Source of the DNA: Microbacterium sp.
GTDB lineage: Bacteria > Actinomycetota > Actinomycetes > Actinomycetales > Microbacteriaceae
Direction: 5' to 3'
NCBI RefSeq assembly: GCF_031179285.1
Contig: NZ_JAPSHY010000008.1
Coordinates: 69,959 to 133,958 of the forward strand
Length of the DNA: 64,000 nucleotides
Position numbers and translations under genes: made by a program. Positions 34,163-44,183 of this stretch are shown one piece after another; the first letter of the stretch is position 1, and every line of letters starts with the position of its first letter. The notes beneath the pieces are model-generated. The model ran no database searches. It had not been told where the DNA came from and worked only from the letters and a program-made list of their open reading frames with translations.

Positions 34163-35134
34163 CTAGATCGGCACCCTGGTCTGCTGGACGACGGAGGTGA
34201 GGACGGCATCCGCGGAAACGCCCTCCATCTGGGCGTCCGGCCGCAGCTGCAGCCGATGACGCCACACCGGCACCAGCATCGTCTGGACATGGTCGGGCGT
34301 CACCGCGGACGATGCGTTGAGCCACGCCCATGCCTTCGCGGCGGCGAGGAGTCCCGTCGACGCGCGCGGGCTCGCGCCGAGCTCGACCGACGGAGACTGT
34401 CGAGTGGCCCGTGCGAGATCGACCACGTAACCGAGCACGTCGTCGGTGACCTCCACGCGACCGGCGGCTGCCTGCGCCGACCGGATCTCGTCGGCGCTGA
34501 CGACCCCCTCCACGCCGGTGAGGTCCCGGGGAGAGAAGCCCTCGGCATGCCGGCGCAGCACCGACACCTCGGCATCGCGCTCCGGCATCCCCACGACGAG
34601 CTTCATCAGGAAGCGATCCAGCTGAGCTTCCGGCAGCGTATAGGTGCCCTCATGCTCGATCGGATTCTGGGTCGCGGCGACCAGGAAAGGATCGGGCAGG
34701 GTGCGGCTGGTGCCGTCGGCCGAGACCTGACGCTCCTCCATCGCCTCCAGAAGGGCCGCCTGCGTCTTGGGCGGTGTGCGGTTGATCTCGTCGGCGAGCA
34801 GGATGTTGGTGAAGACGGGACCAGCGCGGAAGTCGAACTCGCCGGTGCGGGCGTCGTACACGAGCGAGCCCGTGACATCGCCCGGCATGAGATCGGGCGT
34901 GAATTGCACGCGCTTGGTGTCCAGGCCCAGCGCTCGCGCGAAGGAGCGCACAACGAGTGTCTTCGCGACGCCGGGGACACCCTCGAGGAGAACGTGCCCG
35001 CGCGCGAGCAGGGAGACGAGGAGGCCGGTGATCGTGCCGGCCTGGCCGACGACGGCCTTGTCGACCTCCGTGCGCACGCGGTGCATGGCGTTGCGGAGCG
35101 CCGCGTCGTCGGGAGTCAGGTTGTCAGTGGTCAC
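34163..35134 (-). CDS. moxR: MoxR family AAA+ ATPase
   Basis: GHVLLEGVPGVAKT, QFTPDLMPGD, LADEINRTPPKTQAALLEAMEE, QNPIEHEGTY.LPEAQLDRF. Confidence 0.96.
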   Translation of the reverse strand: MTTDNLTPDDAALRNAMHRVRTEVDKAVVGQAGTITGLLVSLLARGHVLLEGVPGVAKTLVVRSFARALGLDTKRVQFTPDLMPGDVTGSLVYDARTGEFDFRAGPVFTNILLADEINRTPPKTQAALLEAMEERQVSADGTSRTLPDPFLVAATQNPIEHEGTYTLPEAQLDRFLMKLVVGMPERDAEVSVLRRHAEGFSPRDLTGVEGVVSADEIRSAQAAAGRVEVTDDVLGYVVDLARATRQSPSVELGASPRASTGLLAAAKAWAWLNASSAVTPDHVQTMLVPVWRHRLQLRPDAQMEGVSADAVLTSVVQQTRVPI

Positions 35135-35182
35135 GTGGTGTCCTCGGCTTCCGTTCGGATGAGTGGACGGTGGTGGTGCGGT

Positions 35183-36367
35183 TCATTCTGAGCGGGGAGA
35201 GTCTCGGCTCTCGGCGACCGCGGCCTCCAGCTCGCCGAGCCGTCGGGCGAGATCGATGAGGCCGTCATCGTCGGACGGGAGGGGTCCGCCGAGCAGTTCC
35301 TGCAGGGATCCGCGGGGTACGCGCAGGCGGTCGGCGGCTGCATCGGCGACCTCGTCCACGCGTGCGTGCGCGGCAAGTCCCAGACGACGGGCGAGGCGGC
35401 GCTGCGATCCGTCGCGGAGCGCGGCGGCGGCGTGCGCGGAGTCAGCCGCCTTCGCGGTCAGCCGTGCTCGGCCGTGCATGGTCTCGGATGCGCGCACCGT
35501 GACGGGGAGCGTCTCCGCCACCAGCGGGCCGAACCGCTGTCCCCGCCAGACCGCGGCGGCGATGCCGGCGATCATGAGCAGCAGGATCGCGGGCGTGACC
35601 CAGCCCGGGGTGAGCGATCCGAGCGTCTCGGGCTGGTCGACCTCGCGGTCGGAGTCGCCGAACGTCGGCACGTACCAGACGACGCGCTCGGTCTGACCGA
35701 GCAGCGCCAGCGCCAGCGCGGCGTTGCCGTTCTCGGCGAGGTAGGCGTTGCTGAAGAGCTTCGTCCCCTCGACGACCGCCTGCCATCGCTCGCCTCGGTC
35801 ATCGATGAGGACAGCGGCACCGTCGGCGTCACCGAAACAGGCCTCGACGCCGTCGGCGGGGGTGAAGAGCCGGTCGGGGCGGATGCTGCCGACCTCGGCG
35901 AATTCGGCTGCCGCGCAGTCCGCCGACACCGACGCCGCACTCCCGGCTGCCGCCTCACCGATCCCGAGCTCCCTGAGCAGGTGCGTGCCCGTCGAGAGGA
36001 ACACGACGCGCTCGGCGGGCTCGATGAGTTCAGCGACGGCCTCGTCGGACAGTGTGTAGGGGTTGGTCATGACAAGTGTCGTGTCGTCGCCGAGGGCACG
36101 TCGGGCCTCGTGCCGCGACCGGAATGTCTCGACCTCGACCCCCTGATCGCGCAGGATCTCGGCGAGCGCGAGGGTGCCGGTGTCGCCTCTGCCCTCGGGG
36201 TCCATCCCGCCGTGCGCGTCCGGGGCGGTCGCACTCACCCGTAGAGCGACCAGCGCCACGGCGACGACGAGAATGGCGACCAGCGCCCAGCCCCCGACCC
36301 GGCGCATCCTCCCCGGGTCGCGTTCCACCGTCGACGGCGCGTCCACCGACGTGTCGACACCGCTCAC
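35183..36367 (-). CDS. DUF4350 domain membrane protein
   Basis: N-terminal TM, GTLALAEIL, FSNAYL...NAALAL, RFGPLVAE.LPVTVRASET. Confidence 0.85.
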   Translation of the reverse strand: MSGVDTSVDAPSTVERDPGRMRRVGGWALVAILVVAVALVALRVSATAPDAHGGMDPEGRGDTGTLALAEILRDQGVEVETFRSRHEARRALGDDTTLVMTNPYTLSDEAVAELIEPAERVVFLSTGTHLLRELGIGEAAAGSAASVSADCAAAEFAEVGSIRPDRLFTPADGVEACFGDADGAAVLIDDRGERWQAVVEGTKLFSNAYLAENGNAALALALLGQTERVVWYVPTFGDSDREVDQPETLGSLTPGWVTPAILLLMIAGIAAAVWRGQRFGPLVAETLPVTVRASETMHGRARLTAKAADSAHAAAALRDGSQRRLARRLGLAAHARVDEVADAAADRLRVPRGSLQELLGGPLPSDDDGLIDLARRLGELEAAVAESRDSPRSE

Positions 36368-37005
36368 GCCGGCACCGCCTCGGGGTGCACACTGCGCATC
36401 CGCTCATCCGTCGCGGCGAGCTGCGCGTATCGCTGGGCATCGGATGGATGCCGGAGGTAGCGGACGTCGTCGAAGGCGACAGCGGCGTCGCGCAGTGCAG
36501 CCGCCTCGGCGGGGAATGAGGCCGCGGCCTCGCGTGCGATCGCCTGCGCGGTGGCGCCCGGCGCAGGATCGATGAGGTCGCGTTCGAGCAGTTCGCGCGC
36601 CAGCGCGCGGAAACGGAGAATGGTCGCGGTGTCCCAGTCGCCGGCGCGAGCGCTGCGTTCCGCGTCGGCGCGCAGCTGCGCCGCCGAGCGGTCATCGCTC
36701 TCGCCGAGCAGGTCGCCCCGGGAACGCCGGATCGTTCTCGAACCGCGCGGGCGCCCCCAGATGATGAGCGCGGTGACGAGGGCGGCGACGATGACCACGC
36801 TCACGATGATCAGCGCGGCCGGGCCGATGTCGGCGCCGTTCCCCGACGAGAACAGGTCGGCGATGAAGCGGCCGATGTCGCGCGCCATGAGGTCGAACCA
36901 GGTGGGCTTGGCGTCGGCGTAGCGCGGGTTCGACAGCTCCTCCTCGGCCCAGCGTCGAGCCTCATCCCCATCCGGGACGAAGACCTCGAAGTGCCAACCG
37001 ATCAT
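36364..37005 (-). CDS. DUF4129 domain protein
   Basis: EARRWAEEELS.P.Y, AGDW..A...RFRA, PGATA, FDDVRY. Confidence 0.85.
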   Translation of the reverse strand: MIGWHFEVFVPDGDEARRWAEEELSNPRYADAKPTWFDLMARDIGRFIADLFSSGNGADIGPAALIIVSVVIVAALVTALIIWGRPRGSRTIRRSRGDLLGESDDRSAAQLRADAERSARAGDWDTATILRFRALARELLERDLIDPAPGATAQAIAREAAASFPAEAAALRDAAVAFDDVRYLRHPSDAQRYAQLAATDERMRSVHPEAVPA

Positions 37006-38369
37006 GCCGAGTCGGAGCCGGGCGCGGCCCAGGGGCTGTCGGTCGGGGGCTTTGCCGTGGACGCAGGCTGCGGGGGATACGTGGTCGCAGCAGGCGGCGT
37101 CGCGGCGGGCGGCGGCGGAGCAGGATAGGTCTGACCCGGGTACGGCTGTCCCGAATTCGGCTGTCCGGGATACGCGTGGCCGGGGGTCGCCTGTCCGGGA
37201 TACGCGTGGCCGGCGGGAGGGGCCGGATACGGTGACGGCTGGTAGCCGTAGGGCGCGGGTGTCATCGCATATTCGGGTGTCTGCCGCGGCGGCGGGGCGC
37301 TGCTGACGGCGCGGCTCGGGTCGACGGCGTACGGATCTCCCAGCTGATCGTCGCTCCATCCCAGCTCACGTCGCTCGACGTGGGCGATGAGCGTCTGATC
37401 GAGGCCCTCGTACCGCATCCGGCAATCCAGGTAGACGAGCGCGGATGCCGTGCTCTGCACGACGAGAGTGATGGCCTGCAGCACCAGGAGGAGGATCTGC
37501 GGCGCCAGCATCGCGAGGACGAATCCGAGGATTTCTCCGGCGTCGGGCGAACCCGTGGGCGCGATGATCGAACCGAAGAGGCTGCTCACCAGCGAGACCG
37601 GTATCCCGACCACCTGCATCGCGAGACCCATGATGATGCTGATGAGGACCGTCACGCCCCAGGCGACCCAGAAGCGTCCTCTGGTCAGCCGCCAGGAGCG
37701 CACCAGCGCGGCGCGGAATGTGGCGCGTTCGAGCACGAGGATCGACGGGACGAGCAGCAGCTTCGTCGTCAGCCACACGGTCAGGGGGATGCTCGCTGCG
37801 ACGATCAGGAGCACCACGACGACGATCAGTCCGACGAGCTCGGGGGTGGAGCCGACGCCGCCGGCGACGAACGCGGCGATGATCCCCACGACGATGGCGA
37901 TCAGCCCGAACACGAACAGCACCGCGAGGGCGGAGAATGCGGCGAGCCGCCAGAACGACGGCGCCATCTTGCGCCAGAGCATGCCGAGGGACGCTTTGAC
38001 GCCGACGGCCGCGAATCCGACCTCGGCGGCGACCACACCCTGCATGAGAGCGGTGAAGGCGACGGATGCCACGCCGACCGCGAGACCGGCGAGGATGTTG
38101 GCGAGGATCGTGCCGGCGAACACCGCTTCGAAATCGGGGGAGGAGGGCGACACCGTCTCGAGACGCGAGAAGGTGGTGAACAGGACGACGCCCATCACCG
38201 AGGCCATCACGATCACCGCGATGAGCTGGATGACGACCGCGAAGCCGAACAGCACCCTGGGGTTGTGGCGGAGGGCTGCGAAGGCCTTTCCCAGCAGCAT
38301 CCCGAATGTCAGGGGGTGCAGAGGGATGATGCCCTTCCTCGGGGCAGGGGTCCAGCTCTGGGCGCTCAC
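37002..38369 (-). CDS. Multi-pass membrane protein with a Pro/Tyr/Gln-rich tail (Rv3689-like)
   Basis: IPLHPLTFG.LLG.AF, RSWRLTRGRFW, YLDCRMRYEGLD; repeated GHAYPGQ/PYPGQ; GTG start with GGAGGGAG RBS. Confidence 0.82.
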   Translation of the reverse strand: MSAQSWTPAPRKGIIPLHPLTFGMLLGKAFAALRHNPRVLFGFAVVIQLIAVIVMASVMGVVLFTTFSRLETVSPSSPDFEAVFAGTILANILAGLAVGVASVAFTALMQGVVAAEVGFAAVGVKASLGMLWRKMAPSFWRLAAFSALAVLFVFGLIAIVVGIIAAFVAGGVGSTPELVGLIVVVVLLIVAASIPLTVWLTTKLLLVPSILVLERATFRAALVRSWRLTRGRFWVAWGVTVLISIIMGLAMQVVGIPVSLVSSLFGSIIAPTGSPDAGEILGFVLAMLAPQILLLVLQAITLVVQSTASALVYLDCRMRYEGLDQTLIAHVERRELGWSDDQLGDPYAVDPSRAVSSAPPPRQTPEYAMTPAPYGYQPSPYPAPPAGHAYPGQATPGHAYPGQPNSGQPYPGQTYPAPPPPAATPPAATTYPPQPASTAKPPTDSPWAAPGSDSA

Positions 38370-38486
38370 AGTACTCCCTCCGTCATGGGCTCCCATCGTG
38401 TCATATCCGAACGGCGGCTGTCGGGGGTGAAGCGCCGTGGGTCGGTGTCGCAGGGGATGCGAGAGCGAGTGTCATAAGGTACAGGT

Positions 38487-39167
38487 ATGACCTCACGAAT
38501 TCTTGTGGTCGACGACGACACCGCGCTCGCTGAGATGATCGGCATCGTGCTGCGCACCGAGGGTTTCGATCCGGTGTTCTGCGCCGACGGTGCGCGGGCC
38601 GTCGAGGAGTGGCGCACCCAGCGCCCCGATCTGGTGCTGCTCGATCTGATGCTGCCCGGAATGGATGGGATCGAGATCTGCACGCGGATCCGTGCCGAAT
38701 CCGGCGTCCCCGTCATCATGCTCACGGCACGCAGCGACACGGCCGACGTCGTCCGGGGTCTCGAGGTCGGGGCGGATGACTACATCGTCAAGCCGTTCAA
38801 CCCGAAGGAGCTCGTCGCCCGCATCCGCACACGGCTGCGTCCGGCACCGCAGACCGTCGGCGAGCAGCTGCGCGTCGGCGATCTCACCGTCGATGTCGAC
38901 GCGCACGAGGTGCGCCGCGGCACGACGCCGATCGCGTTGACCCCGCTCGAGTTCCAGCTGCTCGTCGCGCTCGCCTCGAAGCCGCAGCAGGTGTTCTCCC
39001 GCGAGATGCTTCTCGAGCAGGTGTGGGGATATCACTACAAGGCCGACACCCGGCTGGTGAACGTGCACGTGCAGCGGCTTCGGGCCAAGGTCGAACTCGA
39101 CCCCGACAACCCGAAGATCGTGATGACGGTGCGTGGCGTCGGCTACCGTGCCGGGAGCGCCGGCTAG
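38487..39167 (+). CDS. mtrA: Response regulator MtrA
   Basis: RILVVDDDTALAEMIGIVL, LLDLMLPG, KPFNPKELVARIR, WGYHYKADTRLVNVHVQRLR. Confidence 0.97.
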   Translation: MTSRILVVDDDTALAEMIGIVLRTEGFDPVFCADGARAVEEWRTQRPDLVLLDLMLPGMDGIEICTRIRAESGVPVIMLTARSDTADVVRGLEVGADDYIVKPFNPKELVARIRTRLRPAPQTVGEQLRVGDLTVDVDAHEVRRGTTPIALTPLEFQLLVALASKPQQVFSREMLLEQVWGYHYKADTRLVNVHVQRLRAKVELDPDNPKIVMTVRGVGYRAGSAG

Positions 39168-39173
39168 GGGCAG

Positions 39174-40862
39174 ATGGTGGCAGCGACGGGCACGACCACC
39201 GTGACGGTCGCGGTCCTCCGCGACTGGCGCGGCTGGCCGTCCAGGCTCGTAGCCCTCTGGCGGCGATCGCTGCGGTTTCGCACCCTGACCGTCACCCTGG
39301 TGCTGACGGCTCTCGCGATCTTCATCACCTGCGTGACGATGGCGCTGGTGATTCAGAACGATCTGTTCGAGTCCCGCAAGAACCAGGCGCTCGAGGATGC
39401 GAGTCGCGCGGTCAATCAGGCCCAGAACACGCTCGACGTCGCCGAGGTGGGCGATGACCCGGCCGCGCTCAGCGACCTGTGGGACAGGATCCAGGATGAT
39501 CTGGGGCGCAACTCCTCCTCCGATATGCTCGCTGCGATCCGGATCAACGCCGAGCCGTCGGGCGTCCGGCTCAACGGCTTCACCGCGGGCCTGAGTGCCA
39601 ATCACGTCAGTCCGGCGATGCGGACCTGGGTCGTGAAGTTCGATGATCGGCAAGCGTGGCAGTCCGTGGGCCTGCCCGTCGACGGCGGCGGCGAGGTGCC
39701 AGGCATCATCGTCGGTCAGCAGCTGGTCGTGCCCGAGGTCGGCCCGTTCGAGCTCTACATCGCCTACGACCTCGCCGATGCGAACCAGACCCTCACCTTC
39801 GTGCAGCGCACGCTCTGGATCGCGGGGATCGGTCTCGTGGCGATCGTCGCGGTCATCTCCTGGGTGGTCCTGCGCACGGTGTCGACGCCGATCATCGAGG
39901 CGGCCGAGACGAGTGCGCGCCTGGCGTCCGGTGATCTCGGCGTGCGCCTCGAGGTGCACGGTGAGGACGAACTGGCCACGCTCGGCCGCTCCTTCAACCT
40001 CATGGCCGACAGCATCGAGGAGCAGATCAAGGAGCTCGGCGAGTTGTCGCTCGTGCAGCAGCGGTTCGTGTCCGACGTGTCGCACGAGCTGAGGACTCCG
40101 CTCACGACCATCCGCCTCGCCGCAGACATGCTCAATGATCAGCGCGACGAGTTCGATCCAACGACGGCTCGCACCGCTGAGCTGCTGCACACCCAGGTGC
40201 AGCGCTTCGAGACACTGCTGTCCGATCTGCTGGAGATCAGCCGCTACGACGCCGGATCGGTTCAGCTCGAGATGGAGGCGACGAGTCTCGCCCACCTCGC
40301 CGAAGACGTCATCGAGCAGATGAGGCCGCTCGCGGACGGTCGTGGCAGCGAGTTGCGACTCGTGGCGCCGGGCGGCTACTCGCCCGTCGACATGGACCCC
40401 CGTCGCGTGCGACGAGTGCTGCGCAACCTCATCGGCAACGCGATCGAGCATGGCGAGGGCAAGCCCATCGTCGTCACCGTCGACAGCAACCACGACGCCG
40501 TGGCCGCCGGCGTGAGGGACTTCGGGCTGGGGATGACCCCGGAGGACGCCGAGCGGGTGTTCGACCGGTTCTGGCGCGCCGATCCCTCCCGCCAGCGCAC
40601 GATCGGCGGCACGGGACTCGGTCTCTCCATCGCCCTGGGCGATGCGACGCTGCACAACGGAACGCTCGAAGTGTGGTCGGAGCGTGGAGTCGGCACCAAT
40701 TTCGTCCTCACCCTTCCCCGTCACGAGGGGACGCTGCAGGGGGAATCGCCGGTGCCCCTGGAGCCGCAGGAGACGCACTCCGAGCTGAGCAGCATGACGC
40801 AGCCGATCGAGGTCACCGACCTGCGCACCGCGCTTCCTGCGGAAGACGGGAGCCGCTCATGA
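39174..40862 (+). CDS. mtrB: Sensor histidine kinase MtrB
   Basis: HAMP domain, FVSDVSHELRTPLTTIR, N box NLIGNA, RFWRADPSR, GGTGLGLSI. Confidence 0.96.
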   Translation: MVAATGTTTVTVAVLRDWRGWPSRLVALWRRSLRFRTLTVTLVLTALAIFITCVTMALVIQNDLFESRKNQALEDASRAVNQAQNTLDVAEVGDDPAALSDLWDRIQDDLGRNSSSDMLAAIRINAEPSGVRLNGFTAGLSANHVSPAMRTWVVKFDDRQAWQSVGLPVDGGGEVPGIIVGQQLVVPEVGPFELYIAYDLADANQTLTFVQRTLWIAGIGLVAIVAVISWVVLRTVSTPIIEAAETSARLASGDLGVRLEVHGEDELATLGRSFNLMADSIEEQIKELGELSLVQQRFVSDVSHELRTPLTTIRLAADMLNDQRDEFDPTTARTAELLHTQVQRFETLLSDLLEISRYDAGSVQLEMEATSLAHLAEDVIEQMRPLADGRGSELRLVAPGGYSPVDMDPRRVRRVLRNLIGNAIEHGEGKPIVVTVDSNHDAVAAGVRDFGLGMTPEDAERVFDRFWRADPSRQRTIGGTGLGLSIALGDATLHNGTLEVWSERGVGTNFVLTLPRHEGTLQGESPVPLEPQETHSELSSMTQPIEVTDLRTALPAEDGSRS

Positions 40863-42580
40863 AGCCCACCACTCGCCGCGCGGTGCGCGGGATCGCCGTC
40901 GCCGCAGTCGCAGCGATGCTCGCCGGATGCACGGGCCTGCCGACCAGCGGCGATGTGACGGTCGTGGAACTCGGTCAGGCCCCCGACGATCCGGACTTCC
41001 TCCCGCTCGCCTCCGACCCGGTACCGGGCGCCGGTCCCGCCGAGATCGTCGAAGGCTTCATCGAGGCGGGCATCACCCCCGCGGACGGATGGCAGACCGC
41101 GCGCAAGTTCCTCACCCCGCAGCTGGCGGCCACCTGGCGGCCCGGTGCCGGAGTGGCGATCGACGCCAGCGCCACGTCGCGTACCGTCATCTCCTCCGTC
41201 GACGAGGAGGAGTCGGAGGCGGAGGACGTCACCGAGGCCGACGTCAGGGTGCAGACCGAGTTGGTCGCCAGCGTCGACGAGACCGGCGCCTACGTCGAAG
41301 CACCCGGCACCGGCGACCTGCCTTTCCGCCTCGTGCGCGACAGCGACGGCGAGTGGCGCATCTCCGACGCACCCGACGGCATCGTGATCGACGAGAACCG
41401 CTTCCCCGTCGTCTTCGACGGCTATCCGTTGAACTATTTCGACCGATCATGGAAGCGCCTGGTGCCGGATGTGCGCTGGTTCCCGCGACGTGCCGCCATC
41501 GCCACTCCGATCGTCCAGGCCCTGATCGGTGGCGCGCCCAGTCCCTGGCTGGAGCCCGCGGTGCAGAGCGCCTTCCCGCCCGATGTCCGTCTCGCCCTCG
41601 ACGCGGTGCGCATCGATTCCGAACAGGTGGCTGATGTGGCGCTCAACCGTGCCGCGCTCGCGCTGGACCAGACGACGCTCGCGCGCATGCGCACGCAGTT
41701 GCAGCAGACCCTCAACGACGCGGGCGTGAGGGTGAGTCAGGTGCGCTTCAGTGTCGATGGGCGCCCGCTCGACGCGGGCATCGTCGAGCTCGAGCAGACC
41801 CCCGCCGGGGCGGGTCCTCTGGTCCTTCGCAATGGCGCTTTCGGCACGATCGTCGGGGATGATGTCGTGCCGATCCCCGGTCTCAGCGACGACATCCTGA
41901 GCATGTCGCCGCCGATCGCCGCCATCGATGTCGCGGCGGATGAGTCGCGTGCTGCCGTACAGCTCGGAACCGGAAGCGTGTTCCACGTCGGCGACGGCAC
42001 AGTCGACGCGCTCGACGAGCGGTCAGGCTTGGTGAGACCGTCCATCGACCGGTACGGCTACACCTGGTCGGTGCCCTCCGCTGCCCCACACGCACTCGTC
42101 GCGTGGGGCAGCGACGGGACGGAGCACCCGGTCGTGAACGCGTGGCCGGAGGCATCCGCGGTCTCCCATCTCCGCGTCGCGGCCGACGGCGCGAGGATCG
42201 CGGCGGTGGTGACGGTGGGAGGCCAGCGCTGGCTCGCCGTTGCCGCCGTGATCAGAGACGGCAACGGGATGCCCGTCGAACTCGGCGACATGACACCGCT
42301 CGGCAGAGTCCAGGGCGAGGCGACGGGACTCGTCTGGCTCGGTACCGACCGCCTCGGCATCCTCATGGAGCTGGACGGCCCGATGCTCGTGTCGCAGCTG
42401 GTCGGGGGACCCGCCACCATCGAAGCAGCCCCTGCCGAGGCGCGCGCGATCGCCGGCGCCAGCACCGTGGGCGGCGTGCGGATGCTCGGTGCCGACGGCG
42501 CCCTGTTCGTGCGCAGTGGCTCCGCTTGGCGTGAATCGACCTCCGGGATCGCGGTGCTGGCGACGCGATCAGGACAGTGA
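40859..42580 (+). CDS. lpqB: Lipoprotein LpqB (GerMN domain)
   Basis: Lipobox LAGC, LVPDVRWFP; third gene of the mtrAB operon. Confidence 0.92.
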   Translation: MKPTTRRAVRGIAVAAVAAMLAGCTGLPTSGDVTVVELGQAPDDPDFLPLASDPVPGAGPAEIVEGFIEAGITPADGWQTARKFLTPQLAATWRPGAGVAIDASATSRTVISSVDEEESEAEDVTEADVRVQTELVASVDETGAYVEAPGTGDLPFRLVRDSDGEWRISDAPDGIVIDENRFPVVFDGYPLNYFDRSWKRLVPDVRWFPRRAAIATPIVQALIGGAPSPWLEPAVQSAFPPDVRLALDAVRIDSEQVADVALNRAALALDQTTLARMRTQLQQTLNDAGVRVSQVRFSVDGRPLDAGIVELEQTPAGAGPLVLRNGAFGTIVGDDVVPIPGLSDDILSMSPPIAAIDVAADESRAAVQLGTGSVFHVGDGTVDALDERSGLVRPSIDRYGYTWSVPSAAPHALVAWGSDGTEHPVVNAWPEASAVSHLRVAADGARIAAVVTVGGQRWLAVAAVIRDGNGMPVELGDMTPLGRVQGEATGLVWLGTDRLGILMELDGPMLVSQLVGGPATIEAAPAEARAIAGASTVGGVRMLGADGALFVRSGSAWRESTSGIAVLATRSGQ

Positions 42581-42679
42581 CGACGCGCTCGTCCTGCACA
42601 TCCAGCCGGGTGCTCGCGTTGTGCACGGCTCGCACGCGCCCGGCGCTGGCGGCGGCGTGACGGCGAGCAGGATCGGGGG

Positions 42680-43357
42680 ATGCCGACATCCACCTTCGCC
42701 CGGGTGGGGGAGGAGATCGCCGCCTTCCTCCTCGCCGCCTGCTGCGCCGGATGCGACGCGCCGGGCGAACTGCTGTGCGACGCCTGTCGCGTCCGGCTCG
42801 CGCCGTCGCCACGCGAATCGACCACGCCGGGAGGGCTGCCCGTGGTGGCCGCGCTCGGCTACGACGACATCGCGGCACGCTGCATCCGGCGGTTGAAGGG
42901 GGAAGGCGAGACGCTGCTCGCGGGGCCGCTGGGACTGGCTCTGCGGGCGACGCTCGCTCGAGTGACTGCCGACGGGGCGGTGCTCGTGCCGATCCCCACC
43001 GGCCGCGCGGCATTCCGGCGCCGCGGATATCGCGTCCCGGACCTGCTCGTCCGCCGCGCCGGCGGGCGTCCGGTGCGGCTGCTCGCTCCCGCGCGCCCCA
43101 CCGCAGACCAGCGCGGGCTCAGCACCGAGGAGCGTGCAGAGAACGTACGGGGAAGCATGAGGATGCGAGCGGGCATCGTATCGACGGTGGGGCCGGTGGT
43201 CCTGGTCGACGACGTCGTGACCACCGGAGCGACCTTCGATGAAGCAGCGAGAGTGCTGGCCACGGCCGGGGTGGAGGTGCGCGCGGCGGTCGCGCTCGCC
43301 GCCACGCCGCTTCACCGGAGAATCATCGAGAACGCACCGGCGACACGGAGAAAGTGA
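42680..43357 (+). CDS. comF: ComF family phosphoribosyltransferase-like protein
   Basis: CAGC...C..C zinc motif, RRRGY, DQRGL...R..N, LVDDVVTTGAT. Confidence 0.9.
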   Translation: MPTSTFARVGEEIAAFLLAACCAGCDAPGELLCDACRVRLAPSPRESTTPGGLPVVAALGYDDIAARCIRRLKGEGETLLAGPLGLALRATLARVTADGAVLVPIPTGRAAFRRRGYRVPDLLVRRAGGRPVRLLAPARPTADQRGLSTEERAENVRGSMRMRAGIVSTVGPVVLVDDVVTTGATFDEAARVLATAGVEVRAAVALAATPLHRRIIENAPATRRK

Positions 43358-43449
43358 CCCGTGACTTCCCGTGAGGACCGGACTACGGTGGGGGCACAAG
43401 GCGACCACGGTCCGCCCTTGACCGGGAGGACCGGGACAAGGAGGCAGCA

Positions 43450-44106
43450 ATGGAAACAAGCATCGTTGGCGTCGGAGTGGGTATCACCGATCGCTTCCGC
43501 ACCGTTGTCGAAGAGAAGATCGCCCGGCTTCAGGCGCTCGCGGCTCGAGCCCAGCGCCTGGACGTGAAGGTCACGCACCGCGTCTATCGCAACGGCCATG
43601 TGCCCGATGAGACCGTCGAGCTCACACTGGTCGGCAAGGGTCCGGTGGTGCGTGCCGAGGCGACCGATGGCGACAAGTTCGTCGCACTCGACCTCGCGAT
43701 CGACAAACTGTCGACGCAGTTGCGCCGAGCGAAGGAGAAGCGTGTCGACGGGAGACAGCATCCTCGCGGCGCGCACTTCGAGAAGGGCAGTGGCTCCCTC
43801 GAGGGGATCGATGTGGAGCCGGCCTCCGTCGACGTCCTGCACGCCGTGGCCACCGGCAGCATCCCCGTGCACAACGACGAGGAGGAGGCGTACTCGCCCG
43901 TCGTCATCCGCACGAAGAGTTTCGAGGCGGAGTGGATGACCGTGGAGGAGGCCGTCGACCGGATGGAGCTCGTCGGGCACGACTTCTTCCTCTTCGTGGA
44001 CGTGCGCACCGACCACCCGAGCGTCGTCTACCGCCGCAAGGGGTGGGACTACGGTGTCATCGCGCTGAGCACCCAGGCTCCGCCCGCAAAGGCACTCGCA
44101 TCCTGA
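43450..44106 (+). CDS. hpf: Ribosome hibernation promoting factor (long HPF)
   Basis: VELT...G...RAEA...D...ALDLA..KL..QLRR.K; C-terminal MTVEEAVDRMELVGHDFFLF. Confidence 0.93.
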   Translation: METSIVGVGVGITDRFRTVVEEKIARLQALAARAQRLDVKVTHRVYRNGHVPDETVELTLVGKGPVVRAEATDGDKFVALDLAIDKLSTQLRRAKEKRVDGRQHPRGAHFEKGSGSLEGIDVEPASVDVLHAVATGSIPVHNDEEEAYSPVVIRTKSFEAEWMTVEEAVDRMELVGHDFFLFVDVRTDHPSVVYRRKGWDYGVIALSTQAPPAKALAS

Positions 44107-44118
44107 CCTGAGATGCGA

Positions 44119-44152
44119 AGAGCGGTCCGGCCTGCGAAGGCCGGACCGCTCT
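44119..44152. terminator. Strong hairpin between the convergent hpf and downstream gene
   Basis: AGAGCGGTCCGGCCT-gcga-AGGCCGGACCGCTCT: perfect 15-bp stem with a GNRA loop. Confidence 0.88.
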
Positions 44153-44183
44153 GTGTGCCGGCATCGGTGCCGGCGACGGACGA

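Noticed and set aside
37060-37260. Short nucleotide repeats (CCGGGATACG...)
   Set aside because: Explained by the encoded YPGQ low-complexity tail of the membrane protein.
42592-42627. DnaA-box-like words upstream of comF (TCCTGCACA, TTGTGCACG)
   Set aside because: Each has three mismatches to TTATCCACA and neither is at the -40 position.
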